Below are positions 61,075 to 64,000 of a stretch of 64,000 nucleotides of DNA, in pieces (the first letter of the stretch is position 1; every line of letters begins with the position of its first letter). The position numbers and the translations under genes were made by a program. A model generated the notes under the pieces. That model did not search any database. It saw only the letters and a list, made by a program, of their open reading frames with translations, and had not been told where the DNA came from. Origin of the DNA: Mustelus asterias (lineage: Eukaryota); contig NW_027590123.1 of NCBI RefSeq assembly GCF_964213995.1, forward strand, positions 806,001 through 870,000, in the 5' to 3' direction.

Positions 61075-61379
61075 GTGTCTTGCACAGTAATAGATGGCGG
61101 TGTCTTCGGTCTTCAGCCTCGTCATCTCCAAAGAGAAGATGTTGCTTGAAGTGTCTTTGGACGCAGTAAATCGATCTTTAATTGCTGGGGCGTAGTTGTT
61201 GCTAGATGAACTATAGTACCACAGCAGCCACTCTAGCCCCTGTCCTGGAACCTGTCGGATCCAGTACATGTAAGCGCTGCTAAGACTGAAGCCGCTGGTT
61301 TTACAGGTCAGTGTCAGGGAGCCTCCTGGACGCCCGGTCTCTGCCTCTGGCTGAGTCAACACAACCTCCGACTGGACAC
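61075..61379 (-). CDS. IGHV: Ig heavy-chain variable (VH) segment, germline, open frame
   Basis: Acceptor tttttacag|GT; [60 protein letters not shown] with both Cys and Trp; followed directly by an RSS. Confidence 0.97.
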
Positions 61380-61511
61380 CTGTAAAAATAGATCAAAAAA
61401 CCCGAGGATTAATCCTGGTGAAATGATTTGTGACTCTGGAATATTACAGAGATGGACTAAAACTGAGACAGTAACTGTGGGAGACTTAGAAAATGAAAAA
61501 TAACTACTCAC

Positions 61512-61557
61512 CGGATAAGAAAGTCAGCAACAAACTGAGAGAAATCGCCGACCTCAT
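61512..61557 (-). CDS. IGHV: IgM VH leader exon (MRSAISLSLLLTFLS+G)
   Basis: ATG at 61557; 46-nt hydrophobic signal-peptide exon ending in phase-1 donor G|GTGAGT; 132-nt intron to the V exon. Confidence 0.95.
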
Positions 61558-61639
61558 CCTTCTGGTGATTTGGGGGAAATGGTTGTGTCAGGAACTCAAT
61601 GAACAAACCACCTCCCGGACTGTTGGATTCCGGTCCCAG

Positions 61640-61700
61640 TGAGCGGCATTTAAATACCCGGCAGTAGGGGGCGGCTTTCCAGGCGCCGCCTGTTGATTCC
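61640..61700 (-). promoter_or_regulatory. VH promoter (TATA-like element and GC box, no octamer)
   Basis: TATTTAAA at 61656-61649, ~90 nt upstream of the ATG; adjacent GGGGGCGG; no ATGCAAAT seen nearby. Confidence 0.6.
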
Positions 61701-63429
61701 CTGCTGGAGGCGGTAACTGGACCCCAACAGAATGGACTTCCAGATTTACAATAGGTTAATATTAAAATGGACACTTTATCTGTGTCGGGATATTTGGCTG
61801 AATATGTCCATTGTATTGTCTCCATTATTTCTGATGGTGATATTGCAGTTCATCATTTCTTTATTTAAAATAACTAATACCATTGTAAATATGGTGATTT
61901 TATTACCACGCCCCCAAGAAGAATACAAATCTAAAAATGATGAAATAACATTTGTTGAAAATAAAGAGACCGTCAGTCTGTGTTGCAACAATTCCGGGTC
62001 TCTGTCACATTACAATAATAAAGCATCATTTATCAGAAGAATTTTTACCGATTTCTGTAACTAAATGAGGGGGTATGAACAAAGTGATTGCATTTACTGT
62101 GTGGATGGCTATCACTGTACAATTTGGGTTTGGAGATGAGAAGAAACTCTCACACAATACAATGTTTCTCCTTATATTTGTCAAACTGCCCCAATCTCGA
62201 AGACAGCCCTTTGAAAATGATAAGAATCCTGCCCTCCTGATAATTAAATAGTGAGTTGACAGAGAAACATAAAATTAACCTCGACTTTTGACAGAGAAGT
62301 TAATGAATGGAACGGACACGGAGATCATTAAAGTTCTCCTTCAGCATCCAGATCATTGCAGGTCACTCTATCGGCCACCGGCTGTCTAACATTCGCTGGT
62401 ATTGCGAACACAAGATATCAGGGCTTTGCGGCAGATTGCACAATATCACAAGAATAAATGTTTTATCTTCCATTGAATCAGGTTATGAACTGATCATTTC
62501 TCCACACATTGGCAGCTATGATTGGAACTCTTCAATAACAGGAATCAGATTACACTGTACAATAGAATAGGGTGTTAATCAGGTACAAGAGACGCTGCTG
62601 TTTAAGTGTGATACAGAACGTTCAGAATATTCCAGGAGTTCCCGCTGTTCATGTCAGTTTTATGATGTTCCCTTAATATTATTTCGATGCATTTTATGCC
62701 ATTGCACTGATTTCAATTGACTGGGGAATTGGGACCATCAACATCTCTGTCTCGCATTTCATGAAGTGGTTAATAAACAGACTTTAATTAGTGGAATGGC
62801 ATTTACTTGGAAGTTATACAAATGAAAAGGCATCTGGTCACTTTATTGTTTTGCGATACTATTTACTCACATAATGAACAGGACATTGAATGAAAATATT
62901 TGATTAGAATGATTACGATTTAAAATGTGTCTTTCTTGTGGGAATGAAACATTTATTGTTTAAATGCTGAATCGCATTTTGTCCATTTAGGTTCACGCTA
63001 ATCTGTCCCACACAGTATTTGGCAGCAATCCAAACTGCTGTCAAATGCTCAAAGTTATTGACAGGAAGCATCTGGGGGTGTTGCGCAGCAGAACAAAGAT
63101 CTGTTTCCTCAGTACTGACCGCTTGGCTGCAAGCCAACTTAAAACCCTTCACATTGTCAATGAGGCCTATTTATAAACAAATCTACCCAGCAACAGTACT
63201 GGAGGCACTTTAATTTTTAAAAGTTGTAAATCTAGATGAATTTTTCCCATCTCTAATGAAGGAATTTCATGCAGCTTCTCTGGCACCCTGTTAGCAACAA
63301 TGAGGATTTTTCCAACACATCAGGATATGGTGATAGATGGATAGAAAGAATTACAGGCAAACTGAGAGATGTCTCAGAGAGACGATACATGAACATGTAT
63401 GTTTGTATTTTCTTTCCCTTTATCTTTCC

Positions 63430-63760
63430 ATGGGATGTTTGGTTGCAAAGACCGGCACTTTTTGTCTGTCCCAAATTCCCTTGAACTGAGTGGTTTTCTC
63501 GGCCACTTCTGAACATATTAAGGAGTCAGCTATTTTGCTGTCCATCTGGAGTCACATCCTTGTGAGACCAGGTAGCGATGGCAGATTTCACTCATTGGGG
63601 AATCAGAGAGGGTCCGATGGTCGCCATTCGTATCTGTTCCATATTTATTTATTGAATTCAAATTCCACCAGCTGCAATGCTCCGATTTAAATCCCTGTCC
63701 CCACATCATTGTCCTGGGCCTCTGGATCACTGGGCCACTTCAATTAATATTACGTCACCA
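63430..63760 (-). mobile_element. Deu-domain-type SINE, degraded
   Basis: Shares TCTGGAGTCACAT..TTTATTGAATTCAAATTCCACCA with 4920-5282. Confidence 0.65.
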
Positions 63761-64000
63761 TCTGCGCAAACAATAAATGAATGACTGTGTTGATGCAAGA
63801 ATGAATGACCGTTGCATGAATGAAATGAATATCAGTTGGATGCCTGAATATTTTGATTGAGGAATCAGTGAACGGATTGATGGATGCATTGTTAAATGGT
63901 ACTGAAAGATGCTGTTCCACATTCCCATATTTGTACTTGAATGGTTCATAAATTGAAACAGTTCCTTGTTTCCATTTCTGTCAATCTAATAACTTCAATA

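Noticed and set aside
45073-61557. IgW, IgNAR or germline-joined (IgM1gj-type) identity
   Set aside because: Four C domains with a mu-type tailpiece, a conventional VH with full FR2/CDR2, and unjoined V, D, D, J with intact RSS indicate conventional IgM.
62090-62155. TAC TGT followed by CACTGTA, resembling a V-segment end on the plus strand
   Set aside because: No upstream V framework and no nonamer at 12 or 23 nt.

Overview
Cartilaginous-fish (shark-like) genomic DNA with two parts. Positions ~1-40,000 hold a KRAB-less C2H2 zinc-finger gene/pseudogene cluster (5 finger exons plus a stub, 2 CpG-island promoters). It is heavily invaded by nested CR1 LINEs, tRNA-derived SINEs and Penelope-like elements, some carrying minimal hammerhead ribozymes. 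Positions ~41,100-61,700 (minus strand) hold a complete germline IgM heavy-chain cluster: Leader-VH-[23RSS]..[12]D1[22]..[12]D2[12]..[23]JH-CH1-CH2-CH3-CH4/secretory tail-TM1-TM2, all with open frames and GT-AG sites. The most notable unexplained signals are in the IgM cluster: a G-rich, AID-hotspot-bearing ~20-bp tandem array ~1 kb upstream of CH1 (switch-region-like), a possible cryptic Ser/Thr/Pro-rich exon between the secretory tail and TM1, a relic 12-RSS between V and D1, a J-like relic, and an octamer/E-box-containing repeated block in the J-C intron. All coordinates were read by hand and repeat boundaries are approximate.
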